Of a DNA stretch of 64,000 nt, positions 46,189 through 56,875 are shown one piece after another (positions within the stretch are counted from its first letter, which is position 1; each line of letters opens with the position of its first letter). A model generated the notes under the pieces. The model saw nothing but the letters and a program-made list of their open reading frames with translations. It had not been told where the DNA came from and made no database searches. This DNA comes from Sphingomonadales bacterium (lineage in GTDB: Bacteria; Pseudomonadota; Alphaproteobacteria; Sphingomonadales; G965227345), in the NCBI GenBank assembly GCA_965227345.1, contig OZ245755.1, positions 286,527 to 350,526 of the forward strand, given 5' to 3'. The position numbers and the translations under genes were made by a program.

Positions 46189-49040
46189 TATTCTGCAGCC
46201 TGAACAGGTGCTGCCACACGCTTGCGTTCTGTATTCCGGGCTTCAAACTCTACCTGCCAGTCCGAAGGCCGATTGCTGCGGGTAACCTGCACCGCCGTTA
46301 CCTTGTATTCCGGGCAATTGGTCGCCCAGTCTGAATTTTCAGTGGTCACCACATTGGCGCCGGATTCGGGGTGATGGAATGTGGTGTAGACCACACCCTG
46401 CGGCATGCGATCCGATATTTGTGCCCGCAACGTCGTTGCCCCGACGCGACTGGCCAGCGAAACCATATCACCTTCTGCTATGCCGCGTTCCTCGGCGTCA
46501 AAGGGATGAAGTTCGAGCATATCTTCCTGATGCCACAATACGTTAGGGGTGCGCCTGGTCTGAGCGCCGACATTATACTGGCTCAATATCCGGCCCGTGG
46601 TCAGTACAAGCGGGTAAAACCGTGAGGTGCGTTCATCGGTCGGGATAAAGCGCGTAATCATGAACTGCCCCTTGCCGCGCACAAAACCACCTTCATGCAT
46701 GGTCGGCGTGCCATCCGGCACAGCATCGTTGCAGGGCCACTGGATGCTGCCCAGTCTGTCAAGCTTTTCAAAACTGACCCCCTTGAAGGTGGGTGTCAGG
46801 GCCGCAATTTCGTCCATGATCTGCGACGCATTGTCATAGGCCATATCATAGCCCATGGCTCTTGATAATCTGCACGCGGCCTCCCATTCCGGTATGCCGC
46901 ATTTGGGCGACATCACAGGTCGCACCCTGTTAATCCGCCGCTCGGCATTGGTAAAGGTGCCATCCTTTTCCAGAAATGACGTACCCGGCAGAAACACATG
47001 GGCAAAGGCTGCGGTTTCGTTCAGGAATAGATCCTGCACCACCAGACAATCAAGCGCCTCCAGCGCGGCTGTGACATGATTGGTATTGGGATCTGACTGG
47101 GCAATATCCTCACCCTGAACAAAAAGCCCCCGAAAACTGCCATCAATTGCGGCATCAAACATGTTCGGGATACGCAAGCCGGGCTCAGAGTCCAGCGGGC
47201 GACCCCAGAAATTTTCGAATAATTGCCGGGTGGGTACGTCACCGACATGACGATACCCCGGATATTCATGGGGGAAAGACCCCATATCGCAAGAGCCCTG
47301 AACATTATTCTGACCGCGCAAAGGGTTAATCCCCACACCTTCCCGTCCGATATTGCCTGTCAACATGGCAAGGTTTGCAAGCCCCATCACCATGGTTGAC
47401 CCCTGGCTATGCTCGGTGACACCAAGGCCATAATAAATAGCCGCATTATCAGCACCGGCATAAAGCCTTGCAGCGGCACGAATGTCTTCAGCCGGGGCCC
47501 CAATCACCTCCGCCAGTGCTTCAGGTGAGTTTTCCGGCTCGCGAATAAAGGCTTCCCATTGCCCAAAAGCGTCCCCGTCGCACCGCTCAGCCACAAAGTC
47601 ACAATCAGCCAGTCCCTCGGACACAATGGTATGGGCCAGTGCATTGACAATGGCGACATTGGTGCCCGGCCGTATGGGCAAATGATGCTGCGCCGATATA
47701 TGCGGACTGCGCACCAGATCTATCCGGCGCGGATCCATGACAATCAGACCCGCCCCTTCGCGAAGGCGCTTTTTCATTCGGGACGCAAACACAGGGTGAG
47801 CATCCGTTGGATTTGCCCCGATCACCAGAATAACGTCCGCTTTCTCAACGCTTTTGAAATCCTGCGTGCCCGCAGAGGTACCAAAGGTCTGCTTCAGGCC
47901 GTAGCCGGTTGGCGAATGGCAAACACGCGCACAGGTATCAACATTATTGTTGCCGAATGCCGTCCTGATCATCTTCTGGATGACATAAACCTCTTCATTG
48001 GTGCAGCGTGACGATGTTATCCCGCCAATAGCCCCGGTCCCGTGCTTTTTCTGGATTTCTGCAAAACGGGCCGCGGTAAAGCTGATGGCTTCATCCCACG
48101 TCACCTCACGCCAGGGGTCGGTGATTTTATCCCGAACCATCGGCTTCGTGATCCGCTCCTTATGGGTTGCATAGCCCCAGGCAAACCTGCCTTTGACGCA
48201 CGAATGCCCCTCGTTGGCCCCACCATCCTTCCAGGGTACCATGCGGACAACCTGATCGCCCTGCATTTCCGCCTTGAAAGAACAGCCCACACCGCAATAG
48301 GCGCACGTGGTAATAACACTATGTTCCGGCTGGCCATGATCAATAATCGACTTTTCCATCAGGGTGGCCGTCGGACACGCCTGTACACAGGCTCCGCAAG
48401 ACACACATTCGGATTCAATAAAATCTTCACTGGCCCCAGCAGAAACTTTCGAGCCGAAGCCCATGCCTTCAATGGTCAGCGCGAAGGTGCCCTGCACCTC
48501 TTCACACGCCCGTACACAGCGCGAACATACGATACATTTGGCCGGATCAAAGCTGAAATAGGGATTGCTTTCATCCTTTTCTGCTGACAGGTGGTTATCG
48601 CCCGCATAGCCATATCGCACATCACGCAGGCCCACCACACCCGCCATATCCTGCAACTCGCAGTCCCCGTTGGCTGAACAGGTCAGGCAATCCAGTGGAT
48701 GATCCGAGATATAAAGCTCCATCACGCCCCGGCGAATTTTGGCCAGCCGCGGGCTTTGGGTTGCCACCTGCATGCCTTCTTCAACAGGAGTCGTGCACGA
48801 TGCCGGGGTGCCGCGGCGCCCATCAATTTCGACCAGACACAAGCGGCAAGACCCAAAGGGGTCAACGCTATCAGTTGCACAAAGCTTGGGAATGGCAACG
48901 CCCGCTTCCATCGCCGCCCGCATGACCGATGTGCCTGCAGGCACAGAGACAGGCTTGCCGTCAATCTGAACGGTGACCGGTTGCCCCTCCCGTTCTGCGC
49001 TGGCGGGGGTTCCGAAATCCTTTTCCTTGATCAATGTCAT
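46188..49040 (-). CDS. fdsA: NAD-dependent formate dehydrogenase alpha subunit (Mo-bisPGD, multiple Fe-S)
   Basis: An N-terminal 2Fe-2S domain, 4Fe-4S clusters (CIVCSRCVRAC, CVSCGACVQAC), then the molybdopterin oxidoreductase domain (TCAYCGVGC ...). 950 aa with no in-frame stop. Confidence 0.95.
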   Translation of the reverse strand: MTLIKEKDFGTPASAEREGQPVTVQIDGKPVSVPAGTSVMRAAMEAGVAIPKLCATDSVDPFGSCRLCLVEIDGRRGTPASCTTPVEEGMQVATQSPRLAKIRRGVMELYISDHPLDCLTCSANGDCELQDMAGVVGLRDVRYGYAGDNHLSAEKDESNPYFSFDPAKCIVCSRCVRACEEVQGTFALTIEGMGFGSKVSAGASEDFIESECVSCGACVQACPTATLMEKSIIDHGQPEHSVITTCAYCGVGCSFKAEMQGDQVVRMVPWKDGGANEGHSCVKGRFAWGYATHKERITKPMVRDKITDPWREVTWDEAISFTAARFAEIQKKHGTGAIGGITSSRCTNEEVYVIQKMIRTAFGNNNVDTCARVCHSPTGYGLKQTFGTSAGTQDFKSVEKADVILVIGANPTDAHPVFASRMKKRLREGAGLIVMDPRRIDLVRSPHISAQHHLPIRPGTNVAIVNALAHTIVSEGLADCDFVAERCDGDAFGQWEAFIREPENSPEALAEVIGAPAEDIRAAARLYAGADNAAIYYGLGVTEHSQGSTMVMGLANLAMLTGNIGREGVGINPLRGQNNVQGSCDMGSFPHEYPGYRHVGDVPTRQLFENFWGRPLDSEPGLRIPNMFDAAIDGSFRGLFVQGEDIAQSDPNTNHVTAALEALDCLVVQDLFLNETAAFAHVFLPGTSFLEKDGTFTNAERRINRVRPVMSPKCGIPEWEAACRLSRAMGYDMAYDNASQIMDEIAALTPTFKGVSFEKLDRLGSIQWPCNDAVPDGTPTMHEGGFVRGKGQFMITRFIPTDERTSRFYPLVLTTGRILSQYNVGAQTRRTPNVLWHQEDMLELHPFDAEERGIAEGDMVSLASRVGATTLRAQISDRMPQGVVYTTFHHPESGANVVTTENSDWATNCPEYKVTAVQVTRSNRPSDWQVEFEARNTERKRVAAPVQAAE

Positions 49041-49071
49041 ATCAGGCCTTTCTCAAACCTTGTCTGTCCCG

Positions 49072-50637
49072 CTATTCAGCCGCTGCGTTTTGTTGTGGCG
49101 TATTAAAATCTTCGGGGAACTTGTTCAGGGCACTCATCACAGGCATGGGCGTCAGTCCTCCCATGGCACACAATGACCCGTCCACCATTAACTCGCACAG
49201 GTCTTCAATCAGCTGCCGGTTTTTCTCGGGCTCCACACCGGCGACCATTCTGTCAATTACTTCCACGCCCCGGACCGAACCAATGCGACAGGGCGTGCAT
49301 TTGCCGCATGATTCATGGGTGCAGAACTCCATGGCAAACCGGGCCTGCTGCGCCATATCAACGGCATCATCAAACACCACGATCCCGCCATGACCCAGCA
49401 TGGCCCTGGCCCCCGCCAGCGTTTCATAATCGCAGGCCAGATCAAGCTCGTTTGCCTTAAGATATGCCCCCAAAGGTCCGCCAACCTGAACAGCCTTAAT
49501 CGGCCTGCCCGACCGTGTGCCGCCGCCGAAATCATGGATCAGTTCAGAAAGCGTAATACCGAAGGCTTTCTCGACCAGACCACCATACCTGATATTTCCA
49601 GCCAGTTGAAACGGCTGCGTGCCGCGCGACCGGCCCATGCCGAAATCTTTGTAATAGTCAGCCCCTTTTGCCAGTACGGTCGGTACGGCCGCCAGAGTGA
49701 GAACATTGTTAACTACGGTCGGTTTGCCAAACAGGCCTTCAAGTGCAGGCAGCGGGGGCTTGGCCCGCACCATACCGCGTTTGCCTTCCAGACTTTCCAG
49801 CATGGATGTTTCTTCGCCGCAAATATAAGCCCCGGCCCCAACCCGGACCTGTAGCCTAAATGTGTAATCACTGCCGCCCACATTCTCGCCCAGCCACCCG
49901 CTCTTTTCCGCCGCCTCAATGGCATTGCGGAAACTTGCTACGGCATGTGGGTATTCAGAACGGATATAGATAAAGCCATGTTCGGCCCCAACGGCCAACC
50001 CGGCAATAATCATGCCTTCAATCAGCAGAAGCGGATCACCTTCCATCAGCATCCGGTCCGCAAAAGTGCCACTATCGCCTTCGTCCGCATTACAGCAGAT
50101 GTATTTTACATCACTGTCGGCATTCGCAACCGTACGCCATTTGATACCCGCAGGGAACCCGGCACCACCGCGACCGCGCAGACCGGATTCGGTCACAGCA
50201 TCAACAATGGCGTCGCTGTTCATCTTCAGGGCATTTTTCAGGCCTTCAAAACCGCCGTGCCGCACATAATCCTCAACCGACTGCGGATCGATCACCCCAC
50301 ACCGGGCAAAGGTCAGGCGCTCCTGTTTTACCATAAATGGCATTTCATCAATCAGCCCCAGTGCCAACGGATGGTCACCGGCGTTCAGGAAATTTGCCTT
50401 AAACAGTTCGCTAACATCGCCTGCCGCGACAGGGCCATATCCAACCCGCCCCTTGTCAGTCATCACTTCAACCAACGGCTCCAGCCAGTAAAGCCCCCGA
50501 CTACCGGTGCGAACGATACGGACGTTTTTCCCGTTTTCCTGCGCCTGTACAATAATTTCCCGCGCCACGCCTTCAGCCCCAACAGACAGCGCCCCGGAAT
50601 CTTTTGAAATAAAAATAACAGTCTGATCCGGCACCAT
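49072..50637 (-). CDS. fdsB: Formate dehydrogenase beta subunit (NuoF-like, FMN/NAD binding)
   Basis: GLRGRGGAGFP, the CNADEGDSGTF-type FMN site and the C-terminal ESCGKCTPCR 4Fe-4S motif. Confidence 0.9.
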   Translation of the reverse strand: MVPDQTVIFISKDSGALSVGAEGVAREIIVQAQENGKNVRIVRTGSRGLYWLEPLVEVMTDKGRVGYGPVAAGDVSELFKANFLNAGDHPLALGLIDEMPFMVKQERLTFARCGVIDPQSVEDYVRHGGFEGLKNALKMNSDAIVDAVTESGLRGRGGAGFPAGIKWRTVANADSDVKYICCNADEGDSGTFADRMLMEGDPLLLIEGMIIAGLAVGAEHGFIYIRSEYPHAVASFRNAIEAAEKSGWLGENVGGSDYTFRLQVRVGAGAYICGEETSMLESLEGKRGMVRAKPPLPALEGLFGKPTVVNNVLTLAAVPTVLAKGADYYKDFGMGRSRGTQPFQLAGNIRYGGLVEKAFGITLSELIHDFGGGTRSGRPIKAVQVGGPLGAYLKANELDLACDYETLAGARAMLGHGGIVVFDDAVDMAQQARFAMEFCTHESCGKCTPCRIGSVRGVEVIDRMVAGVEPEKNRQLIEDLCELMVDGSLCAMGGLTPMPVMSALNKFPEDFNTPQQNAAAE

Positions 50638-51116
50638 TATGCAGCTCCCGCAGCCAGTTCATCAAGGCGCGCCTCTATCGCCTCTGTACTGGTCTGCCCC
50701 AGGGTTTCGCCGTCAATCATCGCAGCCGGTGACAATGCACAATTGCCCAGACAAAACACCGGTTGCAGGGTAACACGGCCATCTGTCGTGGTTTCGCCCA
50801 AGGCGATGCCAAATTTCTGCTCAATTGATTTCAATAACTCCCGACCGCCAACAGCCTGACAGGATTCCGCACAGCAAATTTGCACGATGTGGCGCCCCGG
50901 CGGCTGGTCGCGGAAATCCTTGTAAAACGACTTCACACCATGAACTTCTGCCCGGGACAGATTCAACGCATCGGCAATCATCTGAATGGCTTCTGCCGGG
51001 ATAAACCCGAATTCCTCCTGAACTGCATGCAAAACGGGCAGGCAAGCCCCGTCCAGCTCGCTCAAATCCTTAATGATCAAGCTCAGGCGCCCGGAAGCGT
51101 CGCGGTCCAGTGACAT
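50637..51116 (-). CDS. fdsG: Formate dehydrogenase gamma subunit (NuoE-like 2Fe-2S)
   Basis: NuoE-type thioredoxin-like ferredoxin with C..SC ... CLGNC cysteines. 1-nt overlap with fdsB. Confidence 0.9.
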   Translation of the reverse strand: MSLDRDASGRLSLIIKDLSELDGACLPVLHAVQEEFGFIPAEAIQMIADALNLSRAEVHGVKSFYKDFRDQPPGRHIVQICCAESCQAVGGRELLKSIEQKFGIALGETTTDGRVTLQPVFCLGNCALSPAAMIDGETLGQTSTEAIEARLDELAAGAA

Positions 51117-51231
51117 AACTCTATTTTCCTGTCGTCATCCCAAGTAGGTGACAGCATAATGAATAGTATATATTTATGGCAAACAAATATTTCCCATAGC
51201 TTAATAGAAATATCCTATGATAGATCAGATA

Positions 51232-52137
51232 TCAAACCAGCGCGAGCAACCGTTCCATGTCCTGTTGGCCTGCCACTTCAACAAAGGCTTTTGTCATGGG
51301 CTGCTGAGGTTCCCGATCAGGATAAACGAGCCCGATTTGCCGACTGATATTGGGCTCCACCAATGGCAATGCCCGCATCCATGTCTGCTTGCCCAGCAAA
51401 TGCAGAGATGTTTGCCCCAGTATGGTTGAAACCGAGCTGTTCCTGACATGGCTGTATAGTGCCAGTATTGAATTGGCTTCCACCACCGGATCGGGCTGAA
51501 TGCCGTTTTCTTCAAACGCCGTTGCGATAATCCGCCTGTTCTGCATATCAGGGGTAAGCAGGCATAGCGGCACTTGCGCGGCCTCAGCCCACGTTACCTG
51601 TCGCCTGCGCCGGAATAGCTCCGGGTCACGCGTGACCAGAAAATATTTTTCCATATACAAGGCCTGTGAGCGAACATGCTGCAAGGGCTCGTTATCAAGA
51701 TATGTGACACCGACTTCAATTTCAAAACTGTCCAGGGCGCGCTGGATATCCACAGACGTCATGGATAGGACCGTTATCCGTACCTCGGGAAAGGCCTGAC
51801 GAAAGGCAGAGGTCAGCACACCCAGCGTTGCTATGGCAGTGGGGATGACACCGATCACCAGCCGGCCGGTCAGCAGCTGCTGCGCATCGCTGACGTCCTG
51901 TCGAAGGGCCGCACAATCCGCCAGAATACGTCGTGCCCATGCAAGGGTTCGCTCGCCTTCCGGGGTCAGGCCCAGGAACCGCTGGCCACGCTCAACAATC
52001 AGCACGTCCAGCTCGTTCTCAAGATCCCGGATAGCCGCCGACAGTGTCGGCTGTGTGACACCACAAGCGGCGGCGGCACGCCCGAAATGCTGCTCCCGTG
52101 CAAGTGCGACCAAATATTCAAGATGCCTGAAAATCAT
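51232..52137 (-). CDS. LysR-family transcriptional regulator
   Basis: N-terminal HTH (LEYLVALAREQHFGRAAAACGVTQPTLSAAIRDLE) plus a LysR substrate-binding domain. Directly upstream of the fds operon. Confidence 0.9.
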   Translation of the reverse strand: MIFRHLEYLVALAREQHFGRAAAACGVTQPTLSAAIRDLENELDVLIVERGQRFLGLTPEGERTLAWARRILADCAALRQDVSDAQQLLTGRLVIGVIPTAIATLGVLTSAFRQAFPEVRITVLSMTSVDIQRALDSFEIEVGVTYLDNEPLQHVRSQALYMEKYFLVTRDPELFRRRRQVTWAEAAQVPLCLLTPDMQNRRIIATAFEENGIQPDPVVEANSILALYSHVRNSSVSTILGQTSLHLLGKQTWMRALPLVEPNISRQIGLVYPDREPQQPMTKAFVEVAGQQDMERLLALV

Positions 52138-52622
52138 GATCCGAGCCGTGTAAATGCCGGGGCATATTCAATGTCGCCGGATAATGCAGGCAGCGAGCCT
52201 GTCAAGGCCAGTGCCATCAGATAAGACCCCGCATAAGGTGAGGCAAATCCCGCTGCCAACGACGCGTCAAATCCGAAGCGGCGATAATAATCCGGCTCAC
52301 CCAATACAAACACCCCTTGCCATCCTTCTTCCCGTGCACAACGCAACCCGGCAGCAATCAAATCGGCTCCAATGCCGGTCCGCTGTCTCTCCGGCATCAC
52401 AGACACCGGCGCCAGCCCCAGTGCCTTAAACGGGGCTTTCATTCTGGAAAACATGACATGTCCCAAAATCGTATCATCTTCACAGGCCACCAGCGAAAAC
52501 ACATTGTCACCGTCTGCCCTGATGAAATCCACGATATCGGCCTCATCTGATCTGCCGAACGCAGCTGTGATGACTTTACGTATAGATGACAGGTCCGATT
52601 GACTTTCTTTTCGAATAAGCAA
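52134..52622 (-). CDS. GNAT-family N-acetyltransferase
   Basis: Motif A RQRTGIGADLI and the C-terminal YYRRFGF. TTG start. 4-nt overlap with the lysR-family gene. Confidence 0.75.
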   Translation of the reverse strand: MLIRKESQSDLSSIRKVITAAFGRSDEADIVDFIRADGDNVFSLVACEDDTILGHVMFSRMKAPFKALGLAPVSVMPERQRTGIGADLIAAGLRCAREEGWQGVFVLGEPDYYRRFGFDASLAAGFASPYAGSYLMALALTGSLPALSGDIEYAPAFTRLGS

Positions 52623-52745
52623 TCACTGCCCCTTACCCATGATGATGTGTGTTATTTAGTCCCAAATCAGGAAGGTAAGTCAAGCATCTGCGGAGAATTA
52701 TAATATCACAATTGTTTTAACGGTCCCGCGCCAGGGTGTTCTCGC

Positions 52746-53150
52746 CTATTCACCTGCAGAGTTATTAGCGCTGCGCGCCATCAGCCGCGGGTTGATCTCG
52801 AGGCCAAGTTTCAAACTTTCCGCAATCCGTGCTGCTTTTTCCTGAAACCGGTTAGCGACAGCTGCATCAAAGTTTTCATGCGTGACTTCCGCCCATAACG
52901 CCAGCCAGCGATCAAACATTTCGGGTTTGATAAAAGCGTGATGCTTCATGTGAGCAGCCATGGGATTGCCTTTATACCGGCCGGTCCCCAACATGATTGA
53001 CGACCAGAATGCCGTAAGCTTCGTGAGATGCTCATCCCAGTCGTCAACAGCCTGGTTAAAAACCGGACCAATGACAGGATCACGGCGTACCCTGGCATAA
53101 AACTGTGCCACAAGCTTTCCGAGCTGTTCTTCGGTAATTTGCGACACCAT
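52746..53150 (-). CDS. Group III truncated haemoglobin
   Basis: FY..V..DP.IGPVF ... W..HL.KLT.FWSS..LG.G.YKG.P...H is characteristic of trHb group III (Ctb-like). Confidence 0.75.
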   Translation of the reverse strand: MVSQITEEQLGKLVAQFYARVRRDPVIGPVFNQAVDDWDEHLTKLTAFWSSIMLGTGRYKGNPMAAHMKHHAFIKPEMFDRWLALWAEVTHENFDAAVANRFQEKAARIAESLKLGLEINPRLMARSANNSAGE

Positions 53151-53223
53151 AATACATCCACCAGGTTATAATGTGCATTAATTATACATATTATAACCAT
53201 ATATCCAAAAAGAATCGTTACCC

Positions 53224-56200
53224 TTATGCCGTTGCCGCCTCAATCACGACCATCAGATCCTTGGCATCCACTTGTGTTCCGGCTGGCGTCACAATCTCGG
53301 CCACCGTACCATCATGTTCAGCCCGGATAGCAGTTTCCATCTTCATCGCCTCAATGGTCAATAACGTGTCTCCGCGCTCGACTTTCTGGCCAGGTTTCAC
53401 AGAAATAGAGGCCACAAGACCGGGCATAGGCGCCCCCACGTGAGATGTATTCCCCGCTTCTGCCTTGCGATGCGCCGGCCGCGTCGCAACCAGACTACGG
53501 TCATGCATCTTGACCGACCGGGGCTGTCCGTTCAGTTCAAAGAAAACCGACCGTGTGCCATCTTCATCGGCATCGCTCACCGCCAGATAACGGATGACAA
53601 TTTCCTGCCCCTTGTCGAGCGTGATGGTCACCTCGTCTGCAGGCTCCATACCATAGAAAAACATGGTAGAGGGCAGCACGCTGACATCACCAAAGGCCTT
53701 CTCAAAATTGGCATATTCCAGAAAAACCTTGGGGTACATATTATAGGATGCCAGTTCCTTCGAACTGATCTCCCGCTCCAGTTTTTCAGCAAGTTCAGCC
53801 TTGACCGCGTCCAGGTCGACATCGTCCAAAACCTCACCCGGGCGAACCGTCAATGGCACTTCGCCGTTCAAGACCTTTTTCTGCAACGCTTTGGGGAACC
53901 CGTTGGGGGGCTGCCCGATATCCCCCCGAAAGAAGGAAATAACCGAATCCGGAAAGGCAATGTCTATCTCCGGGTCCAGCACATCGGCCTCACTCAGACC
54001 CGAGGTCACCATCATCAGGGCCATATCCCCCACCACTTTTGACGATGGTGTCACCTTGACGATATCGCCAAACATGCGATTGACTGCAGCATATGACTTG
54101 GCCACATCATGCCAGCGGCTTTCCAGCCCCAAAGACCGCGCCTGCTCGCGCAAATTGGTGTATTGCCCGCCGGGCATCTCGTGCAGATAAACTTCTGATG
54201 CCCCGGAACGAATATCGCTTTCAAAGGCAGAATACTGTGCCCTCACCTGTTCCCAATAGATCGAAAGTTCGCGGATGGCATTCGGGTCAAGGCCCGAATC
54301 CTTGGGCGTGTGCCGCAGGGCCTCGACAATCGAGCCCAGATTAGGCTGGGATGTCAGGCCGCTCATGGAATCAATAGCGGCATCCACAGCGTCAACGCCC
54401 GCTTCAATCGCTGCCAGCACGCTTGCCGCTGAGATGCCGCTGGTATCGTGCGTATGGAAATGTATTGGCAGGTCCGTTTCCTGCTTTAGGGCACTGACCA
54501 GCTGTCTGGCAGCTTCGGGCTTGCACAGGCCCGCCATATCCTTAATCCCCAGAATATGGGCCCCCATACCTTCCAGTTCCCTGGCCAGATTAATATAATA
54601 TTTCAGGTCATAAGTGGAGCGATCAGGGTCCAGAATATCGCCCGTATAGCAAATGGCGGCTTCAGCCAGTTTCCCCGTCTCGCGTACAGCCTCAATCGCA
54701 ACCCGCATGTTGGGGGTCCAGTTCAGGCTATCGAATACCCGGAAAATATCCACACCGCCCGTAGCGGCTTCCCCCACAAAATGCCGCACAACATTATCAG
54801 GGTAATTGGTATAGCCCACACCATTGGATGCGCGCAGCAGCATCTGGGTCAGCACATTGGGCATGGCCTCCCGGATGTTTGCAAGCCGCTCCCACGGGTC
54901 TTCACGCAAGAAGCGCATGGCCACATCAAACGTTGCACCACCCCAGCATTCAACAGAAAAGAGCTGGGGTAGCATTTGGGCATAAGCGGGCGCAATCCGC
55001 TCCATATCGAATGACCGCATACGTGTCGCAATCAATGACTGGTGCGCATCTCGAAAAGTAGTATCCGTTATGAGTACCCGCGGTTCGTCGCGCATCCATT
55101 GGGCAAACTTTTCGGGCCCCAGTTCTTCAAGCTTCTGACGGGTACCCGGAACCGGCGTTTCATAGTTATATTCGGGGACGTCCGGAATTTTCAGCCGCGC
55201 GGGCTTCACCCGCCCCTTGGTTTCAGGGTGACCATTAACAATGACATCCCCCAGAAAACGCAACAATCTGGTGGCCCTGTCCCGGCGCTTGGGAAAATGG
55301 AACAGCTCGGGCGTATCATCAACGAATCGGGTGGTATAATTGCCTGACGCAAAATTCTCGTGGGCGATAAGCGCTTCCAGAAACAGCAGGTTTGTCTCAA
55401 CTCCCCGCACACGAAATTCACGCAAGGCCCGGTTCATGCGGCTCAGCGCTTCTGTTTGAGTACTGCCCCATGCTGTTACCTTCACCAGCAAACTGTCAAA
55501 GTGCCGGGTGATCAGGGCACCAGAATAGGCCGTACCGCCATCCAGACGAATACCAGGTCCCGACGGGCTGCGATACGCCACGATATGACCGTAATCGGGA
55601 ATGAAGTTATTACGGGGATCTTCTGTTGTTACCCGGCATTGCAGGGCATGACCGCGAAGTTCGATTTTTTCCTGAACGGGTATGCCGGTTGTTTCATCGC
55701 CAATATGCCCACCTTGCGCCACCAGTATCTGGGCGCGAACAATATCAAGCCCTGTGACTGTTTCAGTAACCGTATGCTCAACCTGAATGCGCGGATTGAC
55801 CTCAATGAAGTAGAACTCGCCTGTTGACGAATCCTGTAAAAACTCAACCGTACCGGCATTGATATAGCCAGCATATTTGGCCAGCCTCAGCGCGGCATTA
55901 CAAACAGCACTTTGCTGCTCGGCGCTCAGGTATGGTGCAGGCGCACGCTCGACAACCTTTTGGTGGCGACGCTGAACCGAACAATCACGTTCGAACAGGT
56001 GAACAACGTTACCATGCGTATCGCCCAAAATCTGAACTTCAACATGACGTGCCCTGGTGACCAGTTTTTCCAGATAAACCTCATCATTGCCGAATGCCGA
56101 TTTCGATTCACGACGTGCAGCAGCAACATTCTCCAGCAATTCCTTTTCATTCTGGATCACACGCATGCCACGACCGCCGCCGCCCCAACTCGCCTTAAGC

Positions 56201-56673
56201 ATCACGGGGTAGCCGACTTCCAACGCCTGTTTTTTAACTTCCCCATCGTCCAGAGGCAGAGGATCAGTGGCCGGCATCACAGGCACATCCGCCGCTATCG
56301 CCAGATTCCGGGCAGCAACCTTGTTTCCCAGCTTCCGCATAATATCGGAAGTTGGGCCGATAAAGGTTATTCCCGCTGCCTTGCAGGCATCGGCAAAGTC
56401 AGGATTTTCCGACAGGAAACCATATCCCGGATGGATCGCATCAACACCGGCCTGACGGGCAATGCGGATGATGTCCTTAATGTTCAGATAGGCATCAATA
56501 GGCTTGTTGCCTTTACCCACAATATATGATTCATCTGCCTTGAACCGGTGCAGCGACAGCCTGTCTTCATCGGCATAAATAGCAACAGTTCTTATCCTTA
56601 GCTCCGCCGCCGCACGAAAAACACGGATCGCGATTTCCCCACGATTTGCTACCAGAATTTTATTGAATTTCAT
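53224..56673 (-). CDS. pyc: Pyruvate carboxylase (single-chain)
   Basis: Biotin carboxylase domain (MKFNKILVANRGEIAIR ...), carboxyltransferase domain (DTTFRDAHQS) and C-terminal biotinyl domain (EAMKME). 1149 aa. Confidence 0.95.
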   Translation of the reverse strand: MKFNKILVANRGEIAIRVFRAAAELRIRTVAIYADEDRLSLHRFKADESYIVGKGNKPIDAYLNIKDIIRIARQAGVDAIHPGYGFLSENPDFADACKAAGITFIGPTSDIMRKLGNKVAARNLAIAADVPVMPATDPLPLDDGEVKKQALEVGYPVMLKASWGGGGRGMRVIQNEKELLENVAAARRESKSAFGNDEVYLEKLVTRARHVEVQILGDTHGNVVHLFERDCSVQRRHQKVVERAPAPYLSAEQQSAVCNAALRLAKYAGYINAGTVEFLQDSSTGEFYFIEVNPRIQVEHTVTETVTGLDIVRAQILVAQGGHIGDETTGIPVQEKIELRGHALQCRVTTEDPRNNFIPDYGHIVAYRSPSGPGIRLDGGTAYSGALITRHFDSLLVKVTAWGSTQTEALSRMNRALREFRVRGVETNLLFLEALIAHENFASGNYTTRFVDDTPELFHFPKRRDRATRLLRFLGDVIVNGHPETKGRVKPARLKIPDVPEYNYETPVPGTRQKLEELGPEKFAQWMRDEPRVLITDTTFRDAHQSLIATRMRSFDMERIAPAYAQMLPQLFSVECWGGATFDVAMRFLREDPWERLANIREAMPNVLTQMLLRASNGVGYTNYPDNVVRHFVGEAATGGVDIFRVFDSLNWTPNMRVAIEAVRETGKLAEAAICYTGDILDPDRSTYDLKYYINLARELEGMGAHILGIKDMAGLCKPEAARQLVSALKQETDLPIHFHTHDTSGISAASVLAAIEAGVDAVDAAIDSMSGLTSQPNLGSIVEALRHTPKDSGLDPNAIRELSIYWEQVRAQYSAFESDIRSGASEVYLHEMPGGQYTNLREQARSLGLESRWHDVAKSYAAVNRMFGDIVKVTPSSKVVGDMALMMVTSGLSEADVLDPEIDIAFPDSVISFFRGDIGQPPNGFPKALQKKVLNGEVPLTVRPGEVLDDVDLDAVKAELAEKLEREISSKELASYNMYPKVFLEYANFEKAFGDVSVLPSTMFFYGMEPADEVTITLDKGQEIVIRYLAVSDADEDGTRSVFFELNGQPRSVKMHDRSLVATRPAHRKAEAGNTSHVGAPMPGLVASISVKPGQKVERGDTLLTIEAMKMETAIRAEHDGTVAEIVTPAGTQVDAKDLMVVIEAATA

Positions 56674-56875
56674 GCACTTTTCCCTCAGGCAGACGATAGT
56701 CGCCGCATTCCTTCATCAAAATGCGGCCGCAAATATTCCTGACGCTGAATTTGTTTCCCATGTAACTGAAAACAGCCCAGCAAACCATTACGGGGTATAG
56801 CAATTCAGACACCAAACATGGAGTCCTGATTTCATAATTTTTTAGAAGATAACGCTAAAAGGATATTGTTTTCAC

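Noticed and set aside
46188-49040. Selenocysteine recoding in the formate dehydrogenase alpha subunit.
   Set aside because: The 950-codon frame is uninterrupted with no in-frame TGA. This is the Cys-type, NAD-linked FdsA.
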